DNA of 38,716 nucleotides from Basidiobolus ranarum (Eukaryota): NCBI GenBank assembly GCA_040143965.1, contig JASJQH010006921.1, positions 1 to 38,716 of the forward strand, read 5' to 3'. Shown piece by piece: positions 34,743 to 38,716 of this stretch (position 1 is its first letter; each line of letters starts with the position of its first letter). The notes under the pieces were generated by a model. It saw only the letters and a program-made list of their open reading frames with translations, ran no database searches and was not told where the DNA came from. The position numbers and the translations under genes were made by a program.

Positions 34743-35779
34743 CTATTTTTCAGGTATACTTTCGCTAGCATCAGTCTGGGACATTGGTCGATTGATTAGG
34801 CTTCTTAGATGTGAGTCTCCAGTTAACATGGTCGGGCTCAATTCGAAGTCAGCAACGATTTCCACATCTTTTTGTAAAAATTCCTCTATGGATTTAACTG
34901 TTTCATCCACATTTTCTAAATGGATACCACTATATGTTGGTGTAGAGGCTAGTGGATAATAGGAATCCGGTGATCCCATAACTCTATCACCACCTTGCGA
35001 GTTGCTTTCTTTTAGTGTGGATATCTCTGCAAGTGTTTTGGGCGTGTTGTTTCCAATCCAAGAAAATCTTGGAGTATGATACATATGTTCTTGTTCCACT
35101 GACACTTCAAGGATTCCTTCTGCGTATGAGTTATTAGAGTACATATGATCTAGGTCAAGTTTTTCTCTGGCCACCGGAGTGAAGTTGGAATTTTTAATAG
35201 TCTAAATGAAAATAATCATAATTCGTATCAATCTTGCTGAAAGGACAGAAATAAATTTAAGCTGACCTCATGTACAAACGATTCACGGGAATTATGTGAG
35301 TTACTAGAGGGTTTAGGAGTATGTTCTAAAGGGGTGTAAATGATATACTCTTGTCAAATTTGTTTACGCAAAACTCTACCTTTTTTGATTGCCGACTCTA
35401 TTATACATGGTTGGTCACAGAGGCTTTCATCCAAGTGTGGAGGTTTTTTTACACCAACTGGGGTATCAGACGATTGACTACAATCGGAGGAAGATTCATC
35501 CGTTGTAGAGCAATCGTGAACTTTCTCTTTTGGTGTCTCTAATTTTAGAGTAGTTGAAGACTTATTATCCCAGGATTTTTTGGTATTTAGCCTTGTAGGT
35601 TGAGTTAAAGTACGAGTGGAGAGAAAATGTAGAGGGTATCCTTCTAGATATCTTTGTTTAAGTGTTTCTATTCTACGTTTACGTACTTCCGTAACGTAAC
35701 TATGGTTGCTGGTAACTTTTCTCATAAATATTATCGGTTCAAACTCCACTGTTTTTGTAGTTTCCAATTTCGTTATTGA
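34743..35779 (-). CDS. Hypothetical low-complexity protein, possibly interrupted (in-frame TGA at 35354-35356)
   Basis: Two long ORFs joinable by the intron GTCAGC...TTTAG (about 35266-35202). Contains RKRRIETLKQRYLEGYPLHFLS. The start is unclear. Confidence 0.5.
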
Positions 35780-35996
35780 CTAGTAAATATTCCTTTTTCA
35801 CAATCAAATTTAAACGAGTAGTAAATGTCATTTATTATATTATATACTTTGATCCATCATCATCAAGGTAACAAATGGAATTTTCGAATCATTGGACAGG
35901 CTTACAGCTCCCCCTTTAAATAAGAAAAAAATCGCGATTAGATTTTTGGTATATTGTGTGAACTACGTATTTTCCTTGTAAGTACGTCTATCCATT

Positions 35997-37559
<1,563 letters not shown>

Positions 37560-38458
37560 TTAAATCGATGTGTATATTAAGCATATAAATTCTATTTCAT
37601 AATATGTACATTTCAATAATGTGTTATTTGTGTTAAATAATATCAATTCATCTAATGTTAAGCATTATTCATGAGTATTGACATGCTGAACTACATTGAT
37701 GTTTGTGGAGTGTTGGTTAAGCATTCATTCATTCACAAGAAATAACCAAAAAATCTTATCAGTGTAATGTTAAAGAGAAGTAATGGACATGTGCTTGAGT
37801 CATATTTTTCTGATGATTTCTGTTAAGGTAGTTATTCTTTGAGAGATGCTACTGAAAACAAATAACTGGGCTTTGTTCTATTCATTTGTGGAAGTGGTAT
37901 CCATAACTTTGAATATATAATTTTGCTACATCTGAGACAATATATGTATATAGTCTATCTTTGTTCCATTATTGATTCAATCAATATTTGACTAATATAA
38001 ACTAGCTAACTTAGAAGCACAGTATGATATAGTAAGATGTACTAAAACAGGGGTAATCAATATGAGCATCCTATGAAATTGCAATATCCTTATTGGATAT
38101 TTAATATGTTGAAATTAGCATTGCCTAAGCACCTATATAGTCATATATAGCTTAGTACTTAGTTATCTTATAATTCACTAAGATACTATCCATTATTCTC
38201 AATTGGAATTTACTTGGAATATTTTTACCAACTTAGAAGTTCTCAGATATATAGATTTTTCAAACTGGTGTTAGAAGTCCCAAACTTTGCACACATGTTC
38301 CTGGGACCATCCTTAACACATTCTTCATGTTAGTCTGCTTACATCATGACAAAACTATAGATGTCAACTTTCTACTCAATAAATCAATAAGTGAAAACCA
38401 CCAATTCCTCTAATTCTCCACACCACCTCCAACAGGCTCCCAAATACTTTAACATAAT

Positions 38459-38600
38459 ATTTATTCAACATCTTAGTTAACTTTAGTATAATATATATTG
38501 GAAGGAAGAAAGCCTTGTAACTGTTGGATAATTAATTTTTATTCAACTTCTTGGTTAACTTTAGTTATGATACGCATATCAGAAACGGAAAGCAATGTAT
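38459..38600 (+). repeat. Degenerate direct repeat, about 60 bp x 2
   Basis: TTATTCAACATCTTAGTTAACTTTAGT at 38461 versus TTATTCAACTTCTTGGTTAACTTTAGT at 38539; weaker similarity continues to GAAAGC..TGTA. Confidence 0.8.
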
Positions 38601-38716
38601 CTATAGCCCCTATATTCTAATTAGGAATATCTCTATATCTATATAACAAGTATGTCTTATTACCCCCTCCCCCCCTGATCTATTATAGCTTATTTCACAC
38701 ACGGCTGAATATCTCG

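Overview
Gene-dense, AT-rich eukaryotic DNA with many short (about 45-90 nt) GT-AG introns and CTAAY/CTGAY-type branch points. It is most consistent with an early-diverging fungus (Zoopagomycota/Mucoromycota-like, for example Basidiobolus); this is an inference only. About 19 protein genes can be reconstructed by manual splicing. Housekeeping genes: KLHDC4/Kel3, Svp26, CreA/Mig1-type zinc finger, membrane-anchored USP, PAC2, Pfa4 DHHC, Pos5 NADH kinase, Trs33, a BET bromodomain protein and NKAP. They are interleaved with secreted, surface or bacterial-type genes: a CAP protein, a PL38-like lyase, an SH3b-GH24 lysozyme, a secreted Cu/Zn SOD, a tandem CsbD/Hmp1 pair, a GPI Cys-rich protein and a DUF1775/YcnI His-brace protein. 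Most notable observations: (1) the BET protein carries a BRD4/BRDT-like C-terminal P-TEFb-binding tail, with a possible short/long splice switch; (2) a 3-copy, about 200-nt TATA-headed structured element with a conserved core and decayed flanks; (3) a frame-required 2-nt microexon plus two 8-nt microexons; (4) an F-box + PP2/Nictaba-like protein; (5) about 1 kb with no CpG. No tRNA, rRNA or CRISPR was seen. All family calls rest on motif recognition from memory, not on database searches.
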